From contig CAWESA010000013.1 of assembly GCA_963811605.1 (NCBI GenBank), positions 336,344-400,343 on the forward strand: a stretch of DNA of 64,000 nucleotides. The letters run 5' to 3'. Each line of letters begins with the position of its first letter. Within the stretch, counting starts at the first letter, position 1. Source of the stretch: an uncultured delta proteobacterium. Its GTDB lineage: Bacteria > Desulfobacterota > Binatia > DP-6. Position numbers and translations under genes: made by a program. The notes under the pieces are model-generated. The model did not search any database. It worked only from the letters and a program-made list of their open reading frames with translations, and was not told the origin of the DNA. Of the stretch, positions 39,017-51,088 are shown piece after piece.

Positions 39017-39712
39017 TCACGGACGGCACGAGCGGCACACCACCGCCACGGGGCAGGCCGGACAGCGCGGGCTGCGCGCCACGCAGATGGTCGCGCCCAG
39101 ATCCATCAGCGCCTGGTTCCAGTCGCCGGCGCGACCGCGCGGCACGAGGCGGACCGCGAGGCGCCAGAGCGCGCCGCTCCGGGCAGACGACCCGCGCCGT
39201 CCGCGCACGCGGAAGACGCGCCCGAGGACGCGGGCGATGTTGGTGTCGACGGCTGCTTCGTCCGCGCCGAAGGCGATGCTGGCGACCGCCCCGGCGGTGT
39301 AGCGACCGATCCCCGGCAGGCGGCGCAGCGCGGCCGGATCGGCGGGGAAGACCCCGTCGTGCTCGTCGTGCACACGACGCGCGGCGGCATGCAGGTTGCG
39401 CGCCCGGGCATAGTAGCCCAGGCCCGTCCAGCTTTCGCGCACCGCGTCAGCGGGGGCCGCCGCGAGGTCCTCGAGCGTCGGATAGCGCCGCAGAAAGCTC
39501 GGGTAGTGCCCCATCACCCGCGAGACCTGCGTCTGCTGAAGCATGAATTCCGACACGAGGACCGCGTAGGGGTCGCGCGTTCCGCGCCACGGGAGCGCGC
39601 GCTGATGCCGGGCGTACCAGCGCAACAGACGCCGGCGGAACGCGAGCGCGCCTTGCGGGAGCGCAAGCGGTTTTCGCTCCCGCCGCGGCCGGCGACCGAC
39701 TACACTCGCCAT
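39017..39712 (-). CDS. mutY: A/G-specific adenine glycosylase (short form)
   Basis: LPWR, VSEFMLQQT, GLGYYARA, LPGIG, VDTN, C-x6-C-x2-C-x5-C. Confidence 0.88.
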   Translation of the reverse strand: MASVVGRRPRRERKPLALPQGALAFRRRLLRWYARHQRALPWRGTRDPYAVLVSEFMLQQTQVSRVMGHYPSFLRRYPTLEDLAAAPADAVRESWTGLGYYARARNLHAAARRVHDEHDGVFPADPAALRRLPGIGRYTAGAVASIAFGADEAAVDTNIARVLGRVFRVRGRRGSSARSGALWRLAVRLVPRGRAGDWNQALMDLGATICVARSPRCPACPVAVVCRSCRP

Positions 39713-39714
39713 CG

Positions 39715-41858
<2,144 letters not shown>

Positions 41859-42518
41859 CTAGGACGGCCCGGGTAGCGTGCGCAGGACCACCACCCAGAC
41901 CTCGGACAGCACCGGCAGTACCGGGATGACGCGCTCGAGGCGCAGACCGGCGCTGGTCGCCTCGGCCGCCAGCTCGCGCCTGGTCAGCCGCGGGCTGCGC
42001 TTGGCGTGGCCGCCGAGCCCCCGGCGCACGCGGCGCTGGAAGCTCTTCCACGTGTAGGGATGGCACACGGTGGCGATGACGGGGCCGCGTGCCAGGCCGG
42101 CCATGATGCGGAACATGCGCGTTCGCGTGTCGGCCGGCAAATGCATCATGAAGCGGCTGCTCACGACCGCGTCCACGGACTGCGCGCCGCACGCCGGCCG
42201 CTCGAGATCGGTGCGCAGGTGCCCCAGGGCAGCCCCGCGCCGGTGCGCCACCTCCAGCATGGCGGGCGAGATGTCGGCACCGATCACCCGGTAACCCCGG
42301 CGCCGGAGAAACGCCGACAGGATGCCCGTGCCGCAGGGGGCGTCGAGCACGAGGCTCCCGCGCGGCACGCCGTCGAGGGCCCGCGCGAGGGCGCGTTCGG
42401 TGAGCCGCAGGTTGAGCCGGCGCCCCAGGCTGCCGTAGCGGCGGCGCTCGTAGCGCTCGGCATCGAAATGCCGGTAGCCCCAGCGCGCGTCGTAGTGCTC
42501 GGCCGCCGGCTCCGCCAT
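41859..42518 (-). CDS. Class I SAM-dependent methyltransferase
   Basis: VLDAPCGTG, ADISPAML, RFMMH. Confidence 0.88.
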   Translation of the reverse strand: MAEPAAEHYDARWGYRHFDAERYERRRYGSLGRRLNLRLTERALARALDGVPRGSLVLDAPCGTGILSAFLRRRGYRVIGADISPAMLEVAHRRGAALGHLRTDLERPACGAQSVDAVVSSRFMMHLPADTRTRMFRIMAGLARGPVIATVCHPYTWKSFQRRVRRGLGGHAKRSPRLTRRELAAEATSAGLRLERVIPVLPVLSEVWVVVLRTLPGPS

Positions 42519-42580
42519 GGCGGCGCGACGCTAACAGCACGACCGTGGACTGACAAGGTTCGCCGGCCGGCGGAAGAACC

Positions 42581-44251
42581 CTGAAAGCACCGCTCCTCCT
42601 GCTGCTCGCCTGTCTGCTGCTGTTCTTCAGCGGTCTCGGCGACGTGCCGTTCTACACCCGCGGCGAGCCGCGCGAGGCGCTGGTCGCCCGCGAGATGATC
42701 CGCACCGGCGAGTGGCTGGTTCCCGCCCGGCCGGACGGCGAGCTCACCCGCAAGCCGCCGGCGTACTACTGGGCCGCGGCGACGGCGCTCTCGCTGCTCC
42801 CCGGCCGGCCCGAGCTGGCCGCCCGGCTGCCGTCGGCCCTGCTCGCGACCGCGGGTGTGCTGCTCACCTGGGGGGTGGTGCAGGCGACGTTCGGGGCGGC
42901 GCCGGCGTTCGGCGCGGCCCTGATGCTGGCCACGACGCTCGAGTGGATCCGGGCGGCCACCGTCGCGCGCGTCGACATGGCGCTCGTCGCCGGCCTCACC
43001 CTCCTCTTCGGGGCGTGGCTGGTGATGCTGGCGCGCGAGCGGGAGCGCCCGGGACCGGCGCTGCTGGCAATGGCGATCGCGGGTGCGGCGATCGCCACCC
43101 TGGCCAAGGGCCCGGTCGCCCTCGTCCTGCCCGGGCTGGTGGTCGCCGCGCTCATCGCCGTCCGTCGCCAGCTCTCGCTCCTTCGCAGGCTCGGCGCCGT
43201 CCCGGTGCTGGTCGCCGGCGGCGCGATCGCGGCGCTGTGGTACGGCGCGGCCTTCGCCAAGCACGGCTGGGAGTTCTTCGACATCGTCGCCAGGGAGAAC
43301 TGGCTGCGCTACGTCGACAGCGAGGACGCCGGGACCGGGCACTCGCACGGCCTGCTGTACCTCCCGCTGGTGGGGCTGATCGGTCTCGTCCCGTGGACCC
43401 CGCTGCTGCCGCTGGCGGGAGCGCCTTTCGGCGATCGAACACGACGGTCCCCCGCGCTGACGTTCGCGGCGCTGTGGGTCGTGACCACCCTCGTCTTCTT
43501 CTCGCTCGCCGACGCCAAGCGCAGCGTCTATCTGCTGCCGCTCTTCCCGGCGCTCATGCTGCTCCTCGCGCTCGGCGTGGAGCACCCTCCGGCAGGCCGC
43601 CTGGCCGCGGTCGTGCGGCTCAGCAGCGTGCTCTATCCGCCCTTCTTCGCGCTGCTCGGGTTCGGCGCCGTCGCGCTGGCCTCGGGTGCCGACGTGGTGG
43701 CGCTGCTCCGACCCTGGCTCAAGCCGCGGGACGCGCAGAACACGCTGGCGATCGTCGCCGTGGCACAGGCCGTCGCCCCGGTGCTGCTGGTCCTGGCGGC
43801 GCTCGCACTGGCGGGCGCCTTCCTGATCGTGCGCGCGCGACGGGCCGGCGACTGGCGGCGGCTCGTCCACGTGGTGGCGGCGCTCACGGTGATGTGGACG
43901 GCCGCACTGGGGATCTGGCTCCGCCCGCCGATCGGGCGCGCCGCGAGCCTGCAGCCGTTCATGGCGCGCGTCGACCAGATCGTCCCGGCCGATGCCACGC
44001 TGTACGCCTTCTTCACGCCCGATGCGGGGTTGCGCTTCTATGCCCCGCGGCCGCTCGCGCCATGGCGCGCGCAGAGCCGAGGTCCGGCGTACCTCTTGCT
44101 CTGGGAAGACGAGCGCAAGCAGTGGCGCGATCCCCAGGGCAAGCCGCTCGAGCCGCTCGCGGTCAGCGAGGCCCAGCAGTCGCGCCGCGGGCCGCTCACC
44201 CTGGTGCTGGTTCCGCCCGAAACCACGCTCGGCGCGCGCGGCCCGGGCTAG
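42581..44251 (+). CDS. ArnT-like (GT83/GT39) membrane glycosyltransferase; start uncertain
   Basis: GEPREALVAREM, KPP, RLPS, AKGP, KRSVYLLP; in-frame TGA at 42551 bounds the ORF. Confidence 0.88.
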   Translation: MKAPLLLLLACLLLFFSGLGDVPFYTRGEPREALVAREMIRTGEWLVPARPDGELTRKPPAYYWAAATALSLLPGRPELAARLPSALLATAGVLLTWGVVQATFGAAPAFGAALMLATTLEWIRAATVARVDMALVAGLTLLFGAWLVMLARERERPGPALLAMAIAGAAIATLAKGPVALVLPGLVVAALIAVRRQLSLLRRLGAVPVLVAGGAIAALWYGAAFAKHGWEFFDIVARENWLRYVDSEDAGTGHSHGLLYLPLVGLIGLVPWTPLLPLAGAPFGDRTRRSPALTFAALWVVTTLVFFSLADAKRSVYLLPLFPALMLLLALGVEHPPAGRLAAVVRLSSVLYPPFFALLGFGAVALASGADVVALLRPWLKPRDAQNTLAIVAVAQAVAPVLLVLAALALAGAFLIVRARRAGDWRRLVHVVAALTVMWTAALGIWLRPPIGRAASLQPFMARVDQIVPADATLYAFFTPDAGLRFYAPRPLAPWRAQSRGPAYLLLWEDERKQWRDPQGKPLEPLAVSEAQQSRRGPLTLVLVPPETTLGARGPG

Positions 44252-44301
44252 CACGCTGGCAACGCTACCGGGCCGGCCGCTGGGGCAGGTAGGCCGGGCG
44301 A

Positions 44302-45156
44302 TCAGAGATCGCCGAAGGTGACCCGGCGAATGCCGAGACGCTCGATGGCCGCTCGCACCCGGGGGCTCACGAGGGCGGCGAGCTCGGCCTCGTGCCGGTA
44401 GGACGGCATCCGGCGATCGATCTCCGGCGCGCGGCTCGTGGCCGGGTGGAAGTACATCTCGGCGACGGCGTCCGGCGGCGCCAGCGCGAGGAGCCGCAGC
44501 ACCATCGCTTCGTCCATGGCGCCGCTCGCGCCCAGCCCGAGCACGACGTCGTTCGCGCGGATGTCGAACCGGCGCAGGCGGCGGCGCAGAACTCGCATCC
44601 ACGGCGCCAGGCCCGCGGCGGCGGCGAGCTGCCGGGCGAGCCCGCGGCCGGCGACGCGCCAGCCGATGAGCGGGGGCTCGTAGGGCACCCGCATCGCGCG
44701 CAGACCGAACGCCTGTCCGACCCTGAGGATGATCCCGAGCACCGTCGGGTGGAGATGCATGTGGTTGTGCGCGTTGACGTGGTCCAGGGTGAGGCCGGTC
44801 GCGGCGAAGGCCTCGAACTGGGCCCTGATCTCCGCCTCGAGCTGGCGGCGCGCCTCGACGTCGAAGAAGAACCGAAATCCCGCCGCGACGAGCCGTCGCG
44901 AGAGGTACTCGCCGTCGCCCATCAGCCGCGACACCCGAGCCCGCGGCAGCACCGGTCGATCCTCCACCACCACCACGTGCAGCCCCACGCGCAACGCCGG
45001 CAGACGGCGGGCGCGCGCGATCGCGTCGGCCGCCGCCGCGCCGCCCACCATCAGGCTCGCCGTCGAGAGGATGCCGTCGCGGTGCGCGAGCTCCACCGCC
45101 TCGTTCACCGCCTCGCACAATCCGAAGTCGTCCGCCGTGACGATGAGCCGCCGCAC
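44302..45156 (-). CDS. hpnK: Hopanoid biosynthesis-associated deacetylase HpnK (YdjC family)
   Basis: LIVTADDFG, VGLH, DHVNAHNHMHLHP, EMYFHP. Confidence 0.88.
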   Translation of the reverse strand: MRRLIVTADDFGLCEAVNEAVELAHRDGILSTASLMVGGAAAADAIARARRLPALRVGLHVVVVEDRPVLPRARVSRLMGDGEYLSRRLVAAGFRFFFDVEARRQLEAEIRAQFEAFAATGLTLDHVNAHNHMHLHPTVLGIILRVGQAFGLRAMRVPYEPPLIGWRVAGRGLARQLAAAAGLAPWMRVLRRRLRRFDIRANDVVLGLGASGAMDEAMVLRLLALAPPDAVAEMYFHPATSRAPEIDRRMPSYRHEAELAALVSPRVRAAIERLGIRRVTFGDL

Positions 45157-45204
45157 CGAACCCGTCTAGCGTGCCACGACCGGAGGAGTGAAGCGGCCGG
45201 CGCC

Positions 45205-46683
45205 TCAGCCCACCGCTTGCGCCCGGTGCACGTACAGCTCGTCCGTCGACGGCTTGCCGTGCACCGGCGGCGGCAGGCGGATCTCGTAGCGTACGGGCCT
45301 GGCATGATCGCCGACGAGACGCTCCCCCGAGTAGACCTGACCGAACTTCCACAGCATCCTGAAGAAGTTCGTCTGGCCGCGCGCGAGCAGCTTCACCGTG
45401 ATGCCGAAGACGTCGTAGAGCGCGCGCACGCCGAGATGCTTGCGACTGAGCACGTGCTGCGTCTTCACGAACTCCTGGTAGAAGCGCTCGAGCGGGAGTC
45501 GCGTGGGCAGCACGGCGTGCTGCACGTCGAACAGCCGGTAGTCGCGGCTCGTGAAGCGACGGGACTCCGTGAGCCACGTCTCGGTACCCGGATACGGCGT
45601 GTTGATGGTCAGGTTGACGATCTCGGGCACCTCGAGAGCCCACTGCCGGACCACCTCGAAGCGTCGTTCGTCCCAGTCCGGGTCGGCGATGATGTTGACG
45701 GCGACCACGAGCCCGAGCTGGCGGGCGACCTCGAGCGCCTGCTCGTTCTCGCCCAGGTGCACGCGCTTGCGGTGGTGCGTGAGGCCCTCCTCGTCGATCG
45801 CCTCGATGCCGAGGAACATGTAGCGCAGCCCGAGCTTCACCCAGCGGGCGAACACCTCGCGGTTGCGTAGCAGGACGTCGGCGCGCGTTTCCAGGTAGTA
45901 GCGCTTGCGCACGTTGCGGCGATCGATCTCGTCGGCGATCGCCATGCCGTGCTCGGGCCGGATGAACGCGACGTCGTCGACGATGAAGACGTTCGGCTCC
46001 GCGATGCTCGCCAGGTCCTCGCCCGCGGCCTCGGCGGACAGCGTGCGGTAGCTCCGGCCGTAGAACGTCCAGGCGCTGCAGAAGGCGCAGTCCCACGGGC
46101 AACCGCGCGTGAACTCGATGGACGCGCAGGGGTCGAGCTCGCCGATGAAGTACCTGCGTCGTCCGCCGGCCAGGTGGCGCGCCGGCAGGGGATGCTCCAG
46201 GTCGCGCACCAGCAGGGGCGGCGGACCGGTTCCCCGCGAGGTCACCAGGCCGGGGATCGTCTCGAGCGCCGCGCCGCCGGCCAGTGCCTCGATCACGCGC
46301 GGCATCACCCCTTCGCCCTCGCCGCGAACGACGCAGTCGATGGCCCCGTCGGCGTGGACGAGGAGGTCGGCGGCGACGAACGACGCGCTGTGACCGCCCA
46401 CCACGACGCCGCAGGCGGGAAGCGCCGCCTTCGCCGCCCGGGCGAGGTCCACGACCTCGGGAACGTTCGACAGGTAGTTGAGCGAGAAGCCGACCACGTC
46501 GGGCGTCCACTCGGCGAGCACCCGGTCGAAGCGCGCCCGCGGGAACACCTGCAGGTCGAGGAGCCGGACGTGGTGGCCGGCGGCCTCGGCGGCTCCGGCG
46601 ACCCGCTCGAGCCCGAGCGGCTCGAGGCGGAGGTAGATCTCGGAGAAGATCAGCGGGCTCGGGTGGACCAGGAGAACGCGCAC
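45205..46683 (-). CDS. hpnR: Hopanoid C-3 methylase (B12-binding radical SAM)
   Basis: VHPS..YLRLEPLGLE, GGHSASF, CPWDCAFCSAWTFYGRSYR, YLETRADVL, TPYPGTE, FDVQHAVLPT. Confidence 0.88.
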   Translation of the reverse strand: MRVLLVHPSPLIFSEIYLRLEPLGLERVAGAAEAAGHHVRLLDLQVFPRARFDRVLAEWTPDVVGFSLNYLSNVPEVVDLARAAKAALPACGVVVGGHSASFVAADLLVHADGAIDCVVRGEGEGVMPRVIEALAGGAALETIPGLVTSRGTGPPPLLVRDLEHPLPARHLAGGRRRYFIGELDPCASIEFTRGCPWDCAFCSAWTFYGRSYRTLSAEAAGEDLASIAEPNVFIVDDVAFIRPEHGMAIADEIDRRNVRKRYYLETRADVLLRNREVFARWVKLGLRYMFLGIEAIDEEGLTHHRKRVHLGENEQALEVARQLGLVVAVNIIADPDWDERRFEVVRQWALEVPEIVNLTINTPYPGTETWLTESRRFTSRDYRLFDVQHAVLPTRLPLERFYQEFVKTQHVLSRKHLGVRALYDVFGITVKLLARGQTNFFRMLWKFGQVYSGERLVGDHARPVRYEIRLPPPVHGKPSTDELYVHRAQAVG

Positions 46684-46920
46684 TGCCAGCCTCCCAGGGA
46701 TCGAGGATGGTCGCGCGTATCACGTTGGCGGCGGCCGGGCCACGACGGTGAGGTTCCCCGTGCTTGAGCCGTCGGGGTCGATCGGCTATGGCGCGACCTT
46801 CGTCCGGCGGGCGGGGCGTCGGGCGTCCACGCGGGGAGATCACATGCGCCACGGCTCGGCATCGGCCGCCTGGACCACTCGATGGAGCCCCCGAGGGCTC
46901 CGGCGACGGGGGTCGTGACC

Positions 46921-47910
46921 ATGACGGCGGGCCGCTGGCGCCTCCTGTTCGTCGTCTGCGGCCTGGCGCTGCTCGCGTATCTGCTCGCCGACACGGGCCC
47001 GAAGGCGATCGCGGATTCGTTCGCGGCGCTGTCCTGGCGGCTGCTCATCGTGCTCGTCTTCCCCTGTCTCCTCATCAAGCTGTTCGACACCCTCGGGTGG
47101 CAGATGACGTTCCCCGGCGCCCGCGTGCCGCTGCTGACGCTGGCCCGCGTGCGTCTCGCCGGACAGGCCATCAACACGACGACGCCGACCGGCACGCTGG
47201 GCGGCGACGCGGTGAAGATCTGGATGCTGCGCGATCGCGTCCCGTCGAGCGACAGCCTGGCGTCGCTGATCGTCGCGAAGACCACCATGGTCGCGTCGCA
47301 GGGACTCTTCCTGCTGCTCGGCGTCGTCGTCGCCCGGCGACTCCTGGGGCTCGCCACGCCGCTGGTGCGCGGCATGGAATGGCTCCTCGTGCTCGAGGTC
47401 GCCGCCGTCGTCGGGTTCGTCGCCGTGCAGCTCGCGGGAATCCTGGGGCGCGGACACCGCGCCCTGCGCCGCGTGGGCATCGGCACGGGGCCGAGAATGG
47501 AAGCGGCGGCGCGCGACGCCGATCGCGCCCTCGCGACGCTCTACCGCCGGCGTCCCGGACGGGTCGCGCTCTCGGTGGCCTCGAACCTGCTCGGCTGGTG
47601 CGCCAGCGCCGCGGAGACCTGGTTCATCCTCTTCCTTCTCGGCGCCCCGGTCACCGCCTCGTCGGCGCTCACCATCGAGGCCTTCGCCACCGGCGTGCGC
47701 TTCGCGACGTTCTTCGTCCCGGCCCAGATCGGCGTGGCGGAGGCGGGGTCGGTCGCCGCCTGCGTCGCGCTCGGGCTGAGCGCCGAGATCGGCCTCTCGC
47801 TGAGCCTCGTGCGGCGCGTGCGCGAAGCCGCGTGGACGGGTATCGGCCTGCTGCTCCTGGCGGGCTCGCCGCGGCCAGCGCCGGCCGTCGTGCGCGCGTC
47901 GGAGGTGTGA
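46921..47910 (+). CDS. UPF0104/HpnL-like (LPG-synthase TM, flippase-like) membrane protein
   Basis: RLAGQAINTTTPTGTLGGDAVK, PAQIGVAE, RRVRE. Confidence 0.85.
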   Translation: MTAGRWRLLFVVCGLALLAYLLADTGPKAIADSFAALSWRLLIVLVFPCLLIKLFDTLGWQMTFPGARVPLLTLARVRLAGQAINTTTPTGTLGGDAVKIWMLRDRVPSSDSLASLIVAKTTMVASQGLFLLLGVVVARRLLGLATPLVRGMEWLLVLEVAAVVGFVAVQLAGILGRGHRALRRVGIGTGPRMEAAARDADRALATLYRRRPGRVALSVASNLLGWCASAAETWFILFLLGAPVTASSALTIEAFATGVRFATFFVPAQIGVAEAGSVAACVALGLSAEIGLSLSLVRRVREAAWTGIGLLLLAGSPRPAPAVVRASEV

Positions 47911-47914
47911 CGCC

Positions 47915-49795
47915 ATGTGCGGGATCGCGGGATTCGTGGCTCCGCCCGATGCGCGCGCCGATCCCGCGATCGTCACCCGCATGGTGGCGGCACTGCGTCA
48001 CCGCGGACCCGACGCGGTCGGCTTCCACGTGCGGGGGCGGGTCGCGCTCGGGATCGCGCGCCTGCGAGTGATCGATCTCGAGACCGGCGACCAGCCCATC
48101 GCGTCCGAGGACGGCGCCGTCACGGCGATCCTGAACGGCGAGATCTACGACTTCGCCGGGCGACGCCGTGAGCTCGAGGCGCGCGGTCACGTCTTCCGCT
48201 CGCACGCGGACACGGAGGTGCTCGTTCACGCGTGGCAGGACCTGGGCGAGCGCTTCCTGGACGATCTCAACGGCATGTTCGCGCTGGCCCTGTGGGACGC
48301 GCGCGAGGAGCGGCTCTTCCTGGCGCGCGATCGGATGGGCGAGAAGCCGCTGCACTACGCGCTGGCCGCCGACGGCACCCTCGTGTTCGCCTCCGAGCTG
48401 CGCGCGCTGCTCGCCCATCCCGCGCTGCGCGCGCATCTGGATCTGGCAGGGCTGGCGCGCTACCTGAGCTACGACTACGTTCCCGACCCGCACTCGATCC
48501 TGGACGGCGCGCGCAAGCTGCCCCCGGGACACATCCTCTCCGCCAGCCGGGGTCGCCACGTCGTGCGGCCGTACTGGGACATCCCCTTCGATCCCGAGCC
48601 GGAGGTCGACGCCCGCGAGTGGCTGGTGGAGATCGCCGAGCGCTTCGACCGCTCCGTCGCGCGCCGGCTGGTGAGCGACGTCCCGCTCGGTTGCTTCGTG
48701 AGCGGAGGCATCGACTCCTCGATCGTCGCCGGCACCGCCGCACGCCAGCGGACGGGCATCCAGACCTTCTCGGTCGGCTACGACGACGCACGCCACGACG
48801 AGCGCCCGTGGGCCCGGATCGCGGCGCGACACTTCGGGACGCGGCACGAGGAGCTGACGGTCTCCGCGGGCGATGCCCGCGGCGTGCTGGAGCGGCTCGG
48901 GTCCCTGCTCGACGAGCCGCTCGCCGACATGAGCTTCGTACCGCTCCACCTCCTGTCGCGCGCCGCCAAGGGCACCATCACGGTCGCCCTCACCGGCGAC
49001 GGCGGCGACGAGCTGTTCGCGGGCTATCCCACCATGGCGGCCGACTGGTGGCAGGGCGCGGCTGGCCGCCTGCCGCCGCGCGTCCTGGCGCTGCTGCGCC
49101 GGGGGGCCCGTGCGCTGCCGGCGTGGGGCGCCCCGCTGGGCGAGTTCCTGGCGGCGACGATCTACCATCCCGACGCGCAGAACCAGGTGCTGATCGGTGG
49201 CATCCCGCCGCACGACGCCACGCCGCTGCTGTCCGCGGACATGCGCGCGCAGCTCGGCGCCTTCGATCCCTATGCCGACATCACCGTGGCGCTCGCGGCG
49301 TGCTCGAGCGCGGATGCGACGGCGCGCCTGATCTATCGCTACTGCAAGCTCTACCTGGCGGGACAGAACCTGGTGAACAGCGACCGTGCCAGCATGGCCG
49401 CCGGGCTCGAGCTGCGCGCCCCGTTCCTCGATCACACCCTGGTCGAGCTCATGGGCCGCATCCCCTCCGCGCTCAAGCTGAGCGGCTTTCGCGCCCTGAA
49501 GAGCCTGCTCAAGCGTGCCCTCGGCGACCGCCTGCCGCCCGCCATCCTGCGCCGCGGCAAGCAGGGGTTCGGCGTGCCATTCGGCGACTGGTTCCGCGGC
49601 CCGCTGGCGGGGCTGGTGCGCGACGTTCTGGAGCCTGCGCGCCTGCGCCGCGACGGCCTCTTCGACGTCGCGCGCGTCGGGCAGCTGGTGGACGCGCACC
49701 TGGGGGGCGATCGCGACCACCGGAAGGTTCTCTGGTCGCTGCTCGCGTTCGAGCTCTGGCGCCGCGAGTACCTCGGCGGCGCGGCCACCGCGTGA
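47915..49795 (+). CDS. asnB: Asparagine synthase-like glutamine amidotransferase
   Basis: MCGIAG, HRGPD, NGEIY, SGGIDSS, GDGGDELFAGY, RAPFLD, KQGF. Confidence 0.93.
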   Translation: MCGIAGFVAPPDARADPAIVTRMVAALRHRGPDAVGFHVRGRVALGIARLRVIDLETGDQPIASEDGAVTAILNGEIYDFAGRRRELEARGHVFRSHADTEVLVHAWQDLGERFLDDLNGMFALALWDAREERLFLARDRMGEKPLHYALAADGTLVFASELRALLAHPALRAHLDLAGLARYLSYDYVPDPHSILDGARKLPPGHILSASRGRHVVRPYWDIPFDPEPEVDAREWLVEIAERFDRSVARRLVSDVPLGCFVSGGIDSSIVAGTAARQRTGIQTFSVGYDDARHDERPWARIAARHFGTRHEELTVSAGDARGVLERLGSLLDEPLADMSFVPLHLLSRAAKGTITVALTGDGGDELFAGYPTMAADWWQGAAGRLPPRVLALLRRGARALPAWGAPLGEFLAATIYHPDAQNQVLIGGIPPHDATPLLSADMRAQLGAFDPYADITVALAACSSADATARLIYRYCKLYLAGQNLVNSDRASMAAGLELRAPFLDHTLVELMGRIPSALKLSGFRALKSLLKRALGDRLPPAILRRGKQGFGVPFGDWFRGPLAGLVRDVLEPARLRRDGLFDVARVGQLVDAHLGGDRDHRKVLWSLLAFELWRREYLGGAATA

Positions 49796-49798
49796 GGC

Positions 49799-51088
49799 TC
49801 AGAACGGGTAGTCGATGCCGGTGAACACCTTGAGTCCTTCGTCGCCGCGTCCGACGTCGACGAAGGCGAGGATCTGCGGGCGTACGATGAAGCGAAAGCC
49901 GAGCCCGTAGTTCCAGTGCAGGTCGTCCACCGGGCTCTCCGTCACGCCCTTCCACACCTGCCCCGTGTCGACGAAGGGAGCCAGCTCGAGCTCGGCCCTC
50001 ACCCCGAAGAGACGGCGGCCGTAGACGTTGGTGCGGATCTCCGCCGAGCCCACGCTCCGGTTGAAGCCGATGAAGCGGTCCCCGCCGTAGCCACGCAACG
50101 TGCGCCGGCCCCCGACGGTGCTGCGCTCCCAGAAGGGCGTGTTGCTCGGCCCGCTGACGTAGTCGAGCGTGGCACGCAGCGCGATGACGGGATTCTTCTT
50201 CTCGCCGCGGAGCGGGATGTAGCCGCGCGCGTCGACGCCGAACTTGGTGTACGAGGTCGAGCTGCCGAGCACCCGATCCGCGAACTCGAAGTAGAGCTTG
50301 GAGATCGCGCCCCGGGTCGGAAGGTCGATGGAGTCGCGCGTGTCGTATCCGAACTCCAGCCGGTTCGAGAAGTAGTGCGCCGGGAAGCGGCCGCGATCGA
50401 ACGTGTTGGTCTCCCGGATGTCCCGCCGCTTCGTCGGGTTGGTCGGATTGCAGTACGGACCCGTCGCGTTCGGTCCGCACGAGGTGAGGAAGGGAACGTC
50501 GTTGACCTGCCCGGCGGAGGTGCTGAATCGGCGCACGCGCACGCGCCACGACACGTAGACGGTGGGCACCACCCAGTAGCCCGGCTCGATCCAGCCCTCG
50601 AAGTTCCGGCTCGTGTAGTTCGCCTCGTTCTCCTCCTTCGAGCGGTTGCCGAAGCCGAAGAAGCGCTCGGTCGAGTCCTGCTCGAAGTTGCCGTACGCGC
50701 GCAGGAACGCCGTGCCCTCCAGCAGCCCGCGGTCGTAGTACTCGGCCTCGTAGTTCTCGTCCTTCGTGGTCGACTTGCCGAGCGCGATCGAGTAGCGGCG
50801 GAGCGGCGTCGGGTAGCCGAAGAGGCGGAGCGTCGGGAACACGCCCTTGGTGGCGTTGTAGCGGACGTCGGGCGCGAGCATGTACTGGATCTCGCTGTTC
50901 TGATCGAGGAACATCCAGACGCCCATGACCCCGTAGGTGTTTCCTTCGTTGGGATCGAGGATGATCTCGGGCACGGGCACGAAGCTCGTCTCCGCCCGAA
51001 CGCCGGCGCCCCCGGCGACGGTCGCCGCGAGCAGGAGCGCGCTCAGCCGGCGGAGCGCGCGTCGAGCGGACGGTTGGTGAGCAGCCAT
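49799..51088 (-). CDS. BamA/TamA (Omp85) family outer-membrane beta-barrel
   Basis: Signal peptide; YDTRD, LRGYGGDRF, FVDTG, terminal DYPF. Confidence 0.85.
   Translation of the reverse strand: MAAHQPSARRALRRLSALLLAATVAGGAGVRAETSFVPVPEIILDPNEGNTYGVMGVWMFLDQNSEIQYMLAPDVRYNATKGVFPTLRLFGYPTPLRRYSIALGKSTTKDENYEAEYYDRGLLEGTAFLRAYGNFEQDSTERFFGFGNRSKEENEANYTSRNFEGWIEPGYWVVPTVYVSWRVRVRRFSTSAGQVNDVPFLTSCGPNATGPYCNPTNPTKRRDIRETNTFDRGRFPAHYFSNRLEFGYDTRDSIDLPTRGAISKLYFEFADRVLGSSTSYTKFGVDARGYIPLRGEKKNPVIALRATLDYVSGPSNTPFWERSTVGGRRTLRGYGGDRFIGFNRSVGSAEIRTNVYGRRLFGVRAELELAPFVDTGQVWKGVTESPVDDLHWNYGLGFRFIVRPQILAFVDVGRGDEGLKVFTGIDYPF

Noticed and set aside
46684-46920. Cobalamin riboswitch upstream of hpnR
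   Set aside because: No recognisable B12-box elements.
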